Notes: generated by a model from the sequence alone, not told the origin. A stretch of 64,000 nt of DNA from Calcarisporiella thermophila CBS 279.70 (GCF_041956535.1 NW_027192206.1:551504-615503), one strand, 5' to 3'; positions 12,391-23,689 are shown, counted from the stretch's first letter. A program made the numbers and translations.

Positions 12391-13818
12391 TTACTCCCTC
12401 AACCACTCCGTATCAAGAAGCTGGTCGATATCCCACCGCTTCTCAGGCTGAGTGTGGAATACCCCCGCTAACAGCTCCTTTAATGCTCCACTCGCTCCCT
12501 CTGGCTCGGAATACCGGCCAGAGATGATTTGGAAATGCAAGCGCGGCTGGTACTCGTCGTGGAATGGCAAACGTCCCGTGACAAGAGCGTAGAGGACAAC
12601 GCCCATGGCCCAGATGTCCACTTGGGGGCAGCGTAGCCGTGTAGGCGAACGAAGCTGCTCAGGCGAGGCATAGGGGAGAGACCCAACCACTGGCTCATCC
12701 CCCTCCTCCTCTCCCGCCCCCATCTCTTTAGGCTGTTCGCCATCGCCACAGCCACCACAGCCGCCTGCCTCATCCTTCCTCTTGGAACCTTCGTTGATGC
12801 TCCCCAGCAAAGCCCGCTCTGCTTCTGCGTCCCAGAACTCTGCTAAACCAAAGTCGCACAGGTGCACACTCCCATCGGTTCCAAGGAGGATATTCTCCAA
12901 CTTGATGTCCTTGTGACACATGCGCACTTCACGGTGCAAATACCGCACTGCGCGGCACAGCTCCCGAAATATGCGTCGAGCCTCCACCTCGGAGAGCTGG
13001 CCTTTCCGATTAAGATAGGATAGCAAGTCTTCTTTGCACAGGTCCGTGAACAAGAACACGGATTCGTCCATAACGAGCACATCTCGCAAAGGAAGAATAT
13101 TTTCGTTTCTCAGACATCGCCATATTCTTACTTCGCGCATGAGCGCCTTTTCGCCTCGTCCACCCTGTATCCGAACTATCTTCACCGCTACGGGCTGGGC
13201 CACTGGGACCACAGGATACGCCTCTCTGACCACGCAGGATGCACCGTGTCCTATCAACGGCCCCAGAATATAGTCTCCCACCTGCTCTCCTTCGTCGTCG
13301 ACTCGGGGAGAGATGGGGGCGCCTGCCAGGGCTGAGAGGTAATTGACCGCAGGCGAAGGGGGTAAATCACTGTAGGACGACGCAGTTACGTACGGAGTGG
13401 CTGATGTGGACTTTCGCCGAGGTAGAGGTACAGGGATGCCAGTTATGGGCTCGGGCTTACGAGAGAAATGGGCCCGGGCATCGGCCGGAGAGAGCCAAGG
13501 ATCGGTCAATGTTCGCCTTTGACGATGGCCATGTTGCATGGTTTCGTCAGTCGCAGAAGAGATGGACGAAGAGGGTGAGACGCTATGATCCGCCAAGGAT
13601 CGGCCCTCCTCGATTGGATAAGGATGGGAGTCTGTAGGAGAGGCAAAATAGGAGGGGATCTGGATGTTGAGCGGTTGATGAGGCAGAAACGGCTGTGAAT
13701 TGCGCAAATCATTAGCGCCGGTTATGATCTCGAATGGATTGATGAGTTTCCCACTAGCCCATTCTTCGCCTTTCTTTCTCCGTGCGGCCTCCTGCTGTTG
13801 CTGATAATATCCCTTCAT
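12391..13818 (-). CDS. Ser/Thr protein kinase (CAMK-like), intronless
   Basis: GHGASCVV, AVK, HKDIKLENIL, DFG, GSLPYASPE, DIWAMGV. Probable start MKGYYQ at 13818. Confidence 0.9.
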   Translation of the reverse strand: MKGYYQQQQEAARRKKGEEWASGKLINPFEIITGANDLRNSQPFLPHQPLNIQIPSYFASPTDSHPYPIEEGRSLADHSVSPSSSISSATDETMQHGHRQRRTLTDPWLSPADARAHFSRKPEPITGIPVPLPRRKSTSATPYVTASSYSDLPPSPAVNYLSALAGAPISPRVDDEGEQVGDYILGPLIGHGASCVVREAYPVVPVAQPVAVKIVRIQGGRGEKALMREVRIWRCLRNENILPLRDVLVMDESVFLFTDLCKEDLLSYLNRKGQLSEVEARRIFRELCRAVRYLHREVRMCHKDIKLENILLGTDGSVHLCDFGLAEFWDAEAERALLGSINEGSKRKDEAGGCGGCGDGEQPKEMGAGEEEGDEPVVGSLPYASPEQLRSPTRLRCPQVDIWAMGVVLYALVTGRLPFHDEYQPRLHFQIISGRYSEPEGASGALKELLAGVFHTQPEKRWDIDQLLDTEWLRE

Positions 13819-15233
13819 GGAGGATATTAAACGCGGAGTTGACAATGGGAATGATTTGTTGCGTTTTAGAGATAAGATGGATGCTTGATTGTGACCGTTG
13901 GACAGGCCGGTTTGAGAGCTTTTGTAGATAACGAAATAAATAAATGCGGTTTGAAGTGTCTTTGGCCGCCTTACGAGGGAGAGAAAGGAGGAGGAATATA
14001 AATATACGAAAAAAATGCGGATCCCGCTGATAAGCGATAAATCGTGACGTCGTTTTGCATATCGAACCAAACAAGTTTAGTGCCATTTAGAGTTTCCAGA
14101 GGGCAGCAGAGCTTAAATAAGACTTATTGCAGGACGCCCTCTGCCTCCACCCCCCTCGCGGCTCATCGCCACAGCCCAGCGGCCCCAACCTCGCCTCCGC
14201 GCTCCACTTCAACAGTCCCCCTCCTTCGCCTCCTCCTCCTCCTCCTCGGCTCTTCTTCCCCTCGACCCGCGCTTCCCCGCATGATTTAGAGCTGAGATAT
14301 GGGAAAAGTCACATGATGCTTATTTGGACAATTAGGGTTCTGGTGTTGCACTTTTCTAAAATGATAATAAGCGTTGTAGAACATTCGTCCGATTTTGTGA
14401 CTGCGGCACGCAGCGGGTTTGGATCCCAATTTCATCTTCCCGGTTTAAGTAAGCCTGCTGACTTTATCCGTCTAAGCGCGTCTATTTGAAAAAGGGAGCC
14501 CGAGAAAAGCTATCAAAACTCACGGCTGGCGTGAGGAGTCATCTTGCCTGCCATTGGTAAGATAAGTGTAGGCCATTGATTCAATAAAAGTGGGTTTCTG
14601 CAGAGTGAGGTAATACGCAGCACCTCTCCCTCGAGAGAGAAGGAGGGTAAGGTTGTTCTGGTTACTCAAAGTGACTCTTATCTTCTATTTCTTGTTGATT
14701 CCACATTCAACCTTCACGGCGGTATTGAACTATCACCTTCACTTGTATCCTCGAAATCGATGAATTAATGAAATCCTCCTCTTCCCTCGAACTCAACTTT
14801 GCCTGGCCAATAAGGCGCCCTATAGGGAGAGATAAGTGAGGCACGGTCAAATTGGAAGTTGCTTACCAAATTGCAGAATTAAATCTTATGGAATGATTTA
14901 ATTAAGTTATCTAACTTTGAGAGTAAAATCAGTTTAGTCAAGCCTCTCTGCATTTGCTTTTGTTATTTTTCTATATTTACAATTCTAGTTGAGTGGGCGG
15001 CTATTTTGATGGTATCGACCACATTGGCTTGCATTATTGAAGTTGGCTTCATCTATAGCCTTTTTATTTATTCTTAATTTCAAGCTATCGGAGTGAGCAT
15101 TCGATGACAAAAAAGTGCAGCACTGATAGATCAATCTTTGGTCAGGGATAAAATAATTTAGCAAAAGACGATTAATAATTCAAAGAGCACTAAATAAATT
15201 CTTTAATGAAAGGGTGAGTCTACTTTCGCAGGT

Positions 15234-17571
15234 TCAAAAATAGCTACCATTGGATAGTTTGGCGCTCGTAATGAAATCGAACCCTTCGATGTCTGCAACC
15301 GATGCTACCTCAAAATTCACCTCCCTGGTATGGTGCCCGTCAGAGTAGATAAAGGTAGAGCACTCTTCTATATGTATATACTGTTCCTGCTCGAGTATTT
15401 CCGCATATGAGGCGGGTCGGAGTAGGAACACTATTCGGAGCTTGGTGAAATCGTCATCGATGTAGTGTTCGCAGAGCATGCATGCCTCGTATATATTCCA
15501 GGTTTTGAGCTCTTCTATGAATTTTTCGGGGGAGGTCATTTTGACTTGCAAAAGCACCAGCTCGTCAGACTGGGCACTGGGGCCACGGTGGAGAATCGCA
15601 TAATTAATCGCCTTATAAGTCTCAGTTGCGGGTATAAGAAGGTAATTCTTAGACCTCTGTTCAAGGGTATCAAATAGGTGATTAAAAAGTTTGGGATGGC
15701 GTGCGAACGGGTTGACTGAAGAAATATCTATAGTGTCCACACTGTCTTCTTCCAAGGAGTAAAGGTCTTTCTGAAATTAGATCGCTAAAATCGATATGCC
15801 CTTTAGTATGGATGAGGTTGGACTTGTCGTCTTGCTCCAACTTAACCGTGTCAAATTTGATACACCTAGAGGTTTTGGCTTTTTATAAAAGGAGCCATTC
15901 GACTTCCTGACAAAATCCAGGGCCCACCATACTACCATCAAATGTGGGCGATCCGAGTGATTTGAGAAGGTCATTGAAATGGCGGCCGTAGTAGGCTCGA
16001 ACCCCTTCTTTAAAGACCGGATTGAAAAACTTGATTTCAGCGTAGCAAGATGTAGGCGATAGTATCTCGTACATTTACTTCCGGTCGATTGTGTAAGAAC
16101 CAGCTTCAATACCAATATCCATGATCGCGGCTATTGCAGCTACCTTCACCTTATCTACATCAACCAACCCAAAATTTCCTTTCAAAAATTTTAAGTGGTT
16201 TTCTTCAATTTCTCCACGAGCACTAGTAAGGAAAGCTTTTGCACGAGCCTTAACCCTGCGGAGGCGAATGGATTCTGAGACTTGGCTCAAATATCCTCTT
16301 TTGGCCAATGAGATAAGATGCTCGCAGAGTCCAGAGAGCAAGTATGGGTAAAACAGGGTAATCTCTCGCATCACATCCAGCACTTGTTCAGTTGGAAATG
16401 CGGCACACTTGCTTGGAGTGGTGTCAATAACCCATGCGACATCGGCAAATCTCTTTTCGATGAAGACTTTAGCTTCGGTATCATTAAAAGGAGTCATAAA
16501 CTGGTATGGCTTGAAACCACTTATCCCATATGGGGGTGTAATTGCGTTGTTGCTAGATGCGCACAGAACCACCACGCGTCCAAACAGTCTAAGAACTGTC
16601 TGGTAGACTACAAAAGGGTACTCAACCTTGTCTTCCTTCAACTCTTCGAGGTTATCAATAATCCAGATTGGGATCAACTTCTCATCGGTGCATAGGTTGT
16701 TGAGTTTGTTAAGAAAGATACCAGTTTCTTCGTTTAGGTCGTATTTCCGATAGCTGTATGATACATCGTAGAACTCTTTGACAAGAGAATGTACTTCACT
16801 GTCATCTGGAAAAGCCATGATAATATCACGCAGAAGGAACCGAAACCTTTTGCCGTAGCTCTTAAGAGCATACCAAGTTTTACAATCATTGATATATATT
16901 ACTCGGTAGGTAGGCTCTGTTAGTCGAAGATAGGTGGCAATCTGGAGCAACACGTGGCTTTTGCCAACACCATGTGGACCATGGACATAGATTCCCTTGA
17001 GGTCACTAGGGCCAACGGCAAAATTAGTAGAAGTTGAAGCAGTACCACTCCCAGCAGTGGTTCGCTGACGGTACGCGGTTGAAAACGCCATAGCTAAAAG
17101 GGCTTCTTTTTCTAAAAACAAGCCAGAGTTTTCGAGTATAACTTGCCTACTATTCGCTATGTGTTTCGCACGTAAAATTATTTCATTAAGTATGGGTTCG
17201 GCCGCCTTAAAACGATACAGCGTCTCGTATAATGTGAGGGAATTGCCAATGACTGGCACCGATAGAAAATCGTTTGAAATTTCTTCATGGGCGCAGTTGA
17301 CAATTCTAGTAAATTTACATTCATGAAAATCAGTCGCTTTGGTCCTGGAAATAGCATCTTTGCGCATGCTTGAGGATAATATAACGTCGTCGATTTCTAA
17401 TCATTAAAAGCATAGAAGAAAATTGTACTAAATTAGTTAGGGTCGCCAATGTAGTATCGAGCGAGAGGAGGAGGAAATGTGGAGTTGGAAGATACCTTTA
17501 CTAAGAGCGTCGTATTCACTTGCGCTCGATTCAGTATCCTCATATGTTCTTTTCGATGGCACCCACGGCAT
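15234..17571 (-). pseudogene. Crinkler-like P-loop NTPase plus PD-(D/E)xK-type nuclease gene, disrupted
   Basis: Walker A GPHGVGKS, RVIYINDC, Walker B-like WIIDN, and C-terminal LLIPATETYKAINYAIL..LVLLQVKM. In-frame TAA at 16075-16077 and 15883-15885, plus a frameshift near 15780. Short first exon from ATG 17571 and an intron at about 17497-17397. Confidence 0.65.
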
Positions 17572-17879
17572 GTGCAAGTAACGATGCAATTGTGAGCTAG
17601 ATTTGAACGACTTAAGAAAGCAGAGAAAGACGGCCCATCCAACATTTTTGCAAGCTATATATACAAAAAAGAGAAAATAAAGGAGGAAAAGTGGGAGGAA
17701 AGATGAAAGAAAAGGTGGTAACAATGGCGGAGGGAGTGAAACCAGCAGTGAAAACTAGGCAAAAGACTAGCGCTATGTATTGAACTTAATCCAACTTTTG
17801 CTGACAGACTGATTCGATACTAGTGTAAAAACAGACCTATCGTAATCTCCAAGTCTTCCATAACCGAAAAAAGATTTCG

Positions 17880-19056
17880 ATTTGTTGCCCGAAATCAGTA
17901 GACGGATGTCATCTATGGTTATTCATATTCCCAGGTCTAAGTCATACTCAACATCGGTAACAAGGAAATCAGCAGTTCGTCCCTAAAGACTCTCCGATAT
18001 TAGTTTTAATATCCATTACTTCACCGTAGCATTTCTACTTCGATACATAGCCCAATTCCAACAGCAACTTCTTGAACACCCAGACCCAAATTCTCCGCAA
18101 ATTGTTGTCGAATGAAACTATCCGTTGAGACGTTGTTTACTAGGATTCTTGCCGGCACGCTATTCATAATTGCATCGTTTCGGAATAAACTATGTTTTCT
18201 TGAATCACTCCGTCGTTTTTTTTTCCCAATTTTTTTCGATGATTTTCTCTTTATTCGTCTGACCTCTCTTGTCCGCTTTGCTTGAATCAGAGTTGTTTGT
18301 TGATATCGTGTCCTGTGCTGGCTGTGATCTTTGAGTTCTTTTCTTATTTGGGCAATTTTTGGCAATTTGATGTCTTTCGCCGCAATTGAAACACATACCG
18401 AACCGTAGGAACTATTGCTTTTGCTTCAAGTTCATTGTTCTTTACGAGAAACATTGTTGAGTTCCATTGTTGTCGTACTATTATCCTTGTCGATATTCCG
18501 GTTAATTCTTACATTACTGTCGGAATTTGTTGAAAATGTCATACCCCAGTTAACAGTTGTATCATTAGGAACCTCTAATTCAACTGCTTCTTAGAGGGTT
18601 TTGACAACCTTGTACTGACTTGTATTCTAACTCTGGACTTAAGGCCACTAATAAACATCGTCATCGTCTGCTTGTTGTCATAAGAATCCAACTAAACAAG
18701 GATGTTGCGGAATTGGAAGACGTAATCTTGAATGCTTGGCGAAGTGATGTAAGCTGATTACACAGGACATTTGATAATCAGCAGGTTCGGAAACCGCTAT
18801 AAGTTCATTGCCAAAATCTAGCCATATATTTGGTGTATCTGTGCCGAACTTATTTGATTGATACCACTGGTTTGAGGTATCCCTAAGTACGAAGCAACTA
18901 TAAAACCTTTCGTTCTTCCGGAATTCTCATTGCTTCAAATAGTGTATCTACTTGCCCAATCCACCTTTGCGCATTTTTTCCGCTTCGGCCATGAAATGGT
19001 GGCAAAGGAATTGAAATAAAGCCTTTTTTGAAGCTTTACAAGGTAGTTGAGGTCAT
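17880..19056 (-). mobile_element. Degenerate Ty3/gypsy gag-protease
   Basis: IPLPPFHGRSG..QRWIGQVDTLF gag N-terminus, zinc knuckle CFNCGERHQIAKNCP, decayed protease ARILVNNVSTDSFI and FLVTDVEYDLDLG. Many stops and frameshifts. Confidence 0.8.
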
Positions 19057-19177
19057 GTTTACAACGAGAGAAGTTATCTGCGACAGGAAAACTTCAAGAG
19101 ATTTTTGATTCACCGTATTTTTCCCACTTAATAACACAGAATAATAATAAATAATAATGTATTTTTTCTTGTTCATA

Positions 19178-19594
19178 GCTACCAAAATGTAGTGATCACA
19201 ATTGTAATAAGTACTGTAATAGTAGTATAATAGTACTTGAAAATGAGTTCGGTTCAATTTCGATACTTTCTTCATTTTACTGTAGTTTTCTAAATTCCTA
19301 ATTAATTGTTTGTATGAACTGTATTATAAGATCTTATCGAATTGGAATTAACTATTTATGGGATTTTTATAATCGAATTACTTTTAGGATTCTTTTAAGA
19401 ATCGAACTTTGTTTAATAAACACTAATATCATCCGAACCTTACTTTTGTTTATATCAACGACTCAATTCACAAGAACTATGATTTTTATTACATTTGAAG
19501 TTCGATTTAATTATTTACGACGAGAATAACCTTAAAAGGGCTTCATATAACAAGGATCAGAAATTATGTGCAAATAAACTATCCTATTGCTACA
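19178..19594 (-). mobile_element. Probable 5' LTR (19594-19188) with primer-binding site (19184-19178)
   Basis: On the minus strand the segment starts TGTAG at 19594 and ends CTACA at 19188 (5-bp inverted termini). TTT-TGGTAGC, an initiator-Met tRNA-type PBS, follows immediately, about 120 bp before the gag ATG. No second LTR in the window confirms the distal boundary. Confidence 0.6.
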
Positions 19595-19741
19595 ATTCTC
19601 GTCTCTTTACAATATAAATCCATTTAGGATAGAATATCAATCAATATATATTTTCCCTTAATTTTCTCTTGTTAACTTTCTCCTTTGGTTTTATGATTTC
19701 TTTTTGTGGCCAAGTTCACGCTTCAGTTTTCAATAGTTCGC

Positions 19742-20326
19742 TTACTCTTCCATCGAAATAACCCCGCGAGCAAGTAGAACACGTTTGATACGTTCTGTAA
19801 TATTTGTTCCAAGTCTCTTATCCAGCTCCTTGTATGTCTCGATCAGATACAGAGCTTCTTCTTCCGTTTCAACAAGAGATTCTGCACCCGGAAACGTGGT
19901 GGTGAGATAATTCTTATCTAGAGTACTGTATTTCTTCCACAGGTACGGATACACAGTCTCGTTTTTCTCCAGATAATCTTTGATTTGGACTCGGAAAAAT
20001 CGTTGGAGTCTGCGCGGGGTCAAATCATCTGGTGCTATTTTTGATTGCAAGCTCAAATCATCCTTAACGCCAAACTCTTTGTACACGGATTTGACGTCGA
20101 TTTTCTCGCCATTCATTTCAAACTCTCCAAATACTTTGTTACCGGAGCCGGTAATCGCAGTCTGGAGTGCACAGAACATCAGAATTTTCATCCCGTTCTT
20201 TGCTTTTATAGTTTCGTAGATTTCCTGATCGGAATACGAATCGGTGCTGATGGGCTTGAGGTCAGAATGGTCTGTAAGATTAACAAGCTCGGAAAGCCGT
20301 TGCTGGCTAAGATACCGTTCTGTCAT
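19742..20326 (-). CDS. Endogenous viral element: bunyavirus-like nucleocapsid (N) protein, intact 194 aa
   Basis: Intronless ORF with PDDLTPRRLQRFFR and YLTTTFPGAESLV. These match in order and approximate spacing the orthobunyavirus N motifs PDDGLTLHRLSG and YLSFFPGSEMFL (recalled, not searched). Preceded by TAGTAGTATACT and followed by an A-rich 3' UTR. Confidence 0.75.
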   Translation of the reverse strand: MTERYLSQQRLSELVNLTDHSDLKPISTDSYSDQEIYETIKAKNGMKILMFCALQTAITGSGNKVFGEFEMNGEKIDVKSVYKEFGVKDDLSLQSKIAPDDLTPRRLQRFFRVQIKDYLEKNETVYPYLWKKYSTLDKNYLTTTFPGAESLVETEEEALYLIETYKELDKRLGTNITERIKRVLLARGVISMEE

Positions 20327-21189
20327 TGTTTAGTATACTACTAACTCAATTTTATACTAATAGGTGCAATGTTGCTTGTTTATAAGACTCAATAAATATA
20401 GTAAATTGGTGAGGAGCAATATATCAAAATAAAGGATTTAATAGTCAAAGAAAATGATCTGATGATCTTATAATGTAATAGGATGGTTCATCAGCATAAT
20501 TTTGATTCTCATATTATGAACCCTGGCTATTATCTGGGAAACATTTGTAATATGTAACCAGACGGCTCACTTGCATTTTTCTCATGAATGAAGATAAGGT
20601 TTCTGTTTTTAAGCTTGGGACTGCTTAAAAATTATTTTCTTGTCTTTTGGTGAAGTATGGTCTGAGATTTTTCTTCATTTCTTATTTAAATCTACCTTAA
20701 CTTCTTTATCCTCATTGATATTTTATATTTATTAAGGTGAGTATCTCCTGTTTACTTCGTTATTGTTATGATATTAATAAAGACCAATCTCTTATTTTCA
20801 TTATTGCGTTTGACTACGATCTACAGCCCAATGAGTGTGGAACCATTCGCATAATTTAAGTTTGTCCGTGATTTACAGCCAAATGCAATGCAACAACACA
20901 GTAGCATATGGAAATGTGTTACGTTGTCTGATAAAGAATATAATGGACCAATAAAACATAGATCTCATTAGGGAGATGGAATATGGAGATCACTATGACT
21001 CGTGCGCATGACTAGTTATGAATGAATATCTCACACATTCGCCAACTCGTCAGACAAGTATATGGGACTAATCTAATGACTTTTTTTGTCAGTGAATGTC
21101 GAAATCCCACTATTCCGATGTGGTTTCTTATCTCTTAGCTTATGGATTATATATAATTGAGCTGATAGGAGAGTTTTGCATTGAGATGT

Positions 21190-21700
21190 CGAAGTTTCTA
21201 CATGGGTCTGATCACCCAAATGTAGCCTTATCTTTGAACAAGCTAGCAGAGCTCTATCGCCATCAAGGCAGGTGTTACCGGGGCTTTGAAATAGAGAGAA
21301 AGATTTATTACGATCTTAATTGTACAGTAAGTATCATCCTAAGTAATACCTACTAGAGGAAGGAAAGGTTTTGATGGTGGTTTTTAGGAAACTATTAATA
21401 AGTGATGGTGTATCGATTGCACTAAAAATGAGAGCTCAAGGATGGATCTTCGCAGAGTTATTGGCTCTCAAAAATTTTGCTATAATACTAGAGATGTATA
21501 TCCAAATAGTTTGGCTCAGGCTAATTTCTTAATTATTATTACTTAATCTCCGAATCTGTCTGATTTTTGGTGCATAAACCTCCCATATAGCCATCTCTTT
21601 GTGCAACCTAGCAATACTCTATACTCCACTGGGCAAATATGACAAAGCAGTACCATTTATTCAATAATTGCAGGAGATTTGGAAGAGTTTGGGACAGCAC
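21190..21700 (+). pseudogene. Decayed TPR repeats (kinesin-light-chain/NLR type), split by a dispersed repeat
   Basis: LHGSDHPNVALSLNKLAELYRHQG at about 21200-21270 and HIAISLCNLAILYTPLGKYDKAVP at about 21585-21655. Confidence 0.6.
21351..21590 (-). repeat. Dispersed AT-rich repeat, copy 1 (inverted copy at 61480-61711)
   Basis: TACTAGAGGAAGGAAAGGTTTTGATGG..GTGTATCGATTGCACTAAAAATGAGAGCTC.. aligns by eye with the reverse complement of 61480-61711. Confidence 0.8.
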
Positions 21701-22353
21701 TTTCGAGAATCATGCTATTCCGATCGCTGGATACTTAGGGATTTAGAAGACATACGGGCGGATTCATTGATTTTTCTACTGGCCCAGATTACGAGATGCC
21801 GCCAAGAAATACGTGACGAGCTGCGACGTGTACCAAAGAACTAAGACGAGCAACACTCTTCCAGCGGGACTCCTTCAGCCACTTGATACACCAACTCAGA
21901 AATGGCACCAGGTTTCCAAGAACTTAATCACGCAATTCCCTAAGACGAAGAATGGATTCGACGCAATTATGGTTTTCGTAGACCGACTGACAAAGATGGC
22001 GCATTTCGTTCCAACAACAACAGCTAATGCACCAATTATAGCCAAATTATTTTCGACACAGTATTCAGACTCCATGGCCTGCCACAAGCAATTGTTACAG
22101 ACCGAGATCCACGATTTATCAGCAATTTCTGGAAGGCCCTGCACGAATACTTAGGAACCAAACTTGCAATGTCAATAGCATATCACCCGGAAACCGATGG
22201 TCAAACAGAAAGAACCAACCGCACCCTAGAACAAATGCTGCGAGCATACGTTTCGTACCGACAAACTAATTGGGATGAATGTCTGACAGCCGCTGAGTTT
22301 GCCCACAATAACGCAAAGCAATCATCTACTAAAGTGAGTCCTTTTATCCTGAA
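21700..22353 (+). mobile_element. Ty3/gypsy integrase fragment (+ arm)
   Basis: SCDVYQRTK..GLLQPL..FDAIMVFVDRLTKMAHFVP..TDRDPRF..AYHPETDGQTERTNRTLEQMLR..AEFAHNN; frameshifted. Confidence 0.9.
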
Positions 22354-22685
22354 TTAGGTACAAAATGGCTCACTTTAGTAGATGATTGCTTTGCATTGTT
22401 ATGGGCAAACTCAGCGGCTGTCAGACATTCATCCCAATTGTTCTGTCGATAAGTCACGTACGCGCGCAGCATCTGTTCTAAAATCCTGTTTGTTCTTTTA
22501 GTCTGTCCGTCTGTTTCTGGGTGATAAGCGGTTGACATTGCTAGCTCCGTTCCTAAGTAATCGTGCAGGGCCTTCCAAAAGTTGCTGATAAATCGTGGAT
22601 CTCGGTCTGTAACAATTGCTTGTGGCATGCCATGGAGTCTGAATACTGTATCGAAAAATAACTTGGCTATAGTTGGTGCGTTGGA
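22354..22685 (-). mobile_element. Ty3/gypsy integrase fragment (- arm), inverted relative to the previous fragment
   Basis: MPQAIVTDRDPRFISNFW..AYHPETDGQTKRTNRILEQMLR..AEFAHNNAKQSSTKVS; the reverse complement aligns with 22025-22353. Confidence 0.9.
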
Positions 22686-23689
22686 GTTCGAGTGGATGAC
22701 GAATCAACGTCATTAAACTAATTGTTAACTGAGCCATAGCACGAATTTGTATTTGGTACGGTAATCGTAACGGTTCCTGAGCATGAGCTAGGATTTACCC
22801 ATTCCCCTAAGACCCCAGAGCACAAGAATTCTTGAGAGACCATCCTTACGGGAATTGCTTGACTGGACTCCTTCAATATTTGGACCATTAGTTTAGGACG
22901 AGGGACGAAATCTTGATTCCATTGAGGACATTGTAAAATTTTAATTCGCTCAAGTTAGCTTTGGAAGAACTGGTACCCTGGACTACATAAATACGTATGC
23001 GAGAATTCGTTAAGTAAAACCAAAGCTTGTCCTAGCAAAACATAATCTGGAGTTACCATCTTCATGATTTGATTGATTGTTATTCAGAACCATTGTGTCA
23101 GCACTAAAATCGCCATAGTCAGAAGTTGTTCCCGAATAAGTAATACAATCACTTTGATTTCCATGAATTGTATTGTTTTCAAGATTATTTTGATTACAAC
23201 GGGCTGTCATGTCTCCCTAAATAATAAAGCCAATGACTATCCGTAAGAATAGCATGTGAGCTATTTCGAAGAATTTATCGGCTAGCGTTTAACAACATAT
23301 GTAGAATAAGAATCAGGTAAGAAAAAAAGAAAGCATATTTTCCTCTAGAAAATGAATAAGCTGAATCCAATACCCGATTAATAGTGGTAAAATGAACCTG
23401 TGAACCCTTTTCGTCGACTGGCCCAATGTGCAGGCTTTAATCGACCTCATTCTCACACTATTCCATGCATTCATCTGGTTGGATCACGTCTCGTCGCAAA
23501 TTTAAGCTTCATTCCCAAATTGCTTTTTGGGTAATTTTGGGTTAGCTCTGAATAAATATCACTTACACATTCGACATTTCTTCGGTTTGGTCAAGAAATT
23601 TCGTCCAGGGTCATTCTTGTCGCGGGATCTCTCTATCCAGCTATATCGAACGGTTGCTTATCTCTTAGTCCAAAAAAAAATATGTTGGA

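Noticed and set aside
15883-16077. In-frame TAA codons as evidence of stop-codon reassignment
   Set aside because: Conserved genes in the window end in TAA, and the same gene also has a frameshift; pseudogenisation is simpler.
19220-19231. TAGTAGTATAAT on the + strand as the complementary far end of the viral segment (would give a ~1.1-kb panhandle)
   Set aside because: It lies inside the inferred LTR, in low-complexity TA-rich sequence, so it is probably chance. Revisit if the LTR boundary proves wrong.
22690-23210. Minus-strand N-rich 66-aa ORF and downstream fragments
   Set aside because: Possibly a decayed element ORF, but no recognisable motif supports a call.
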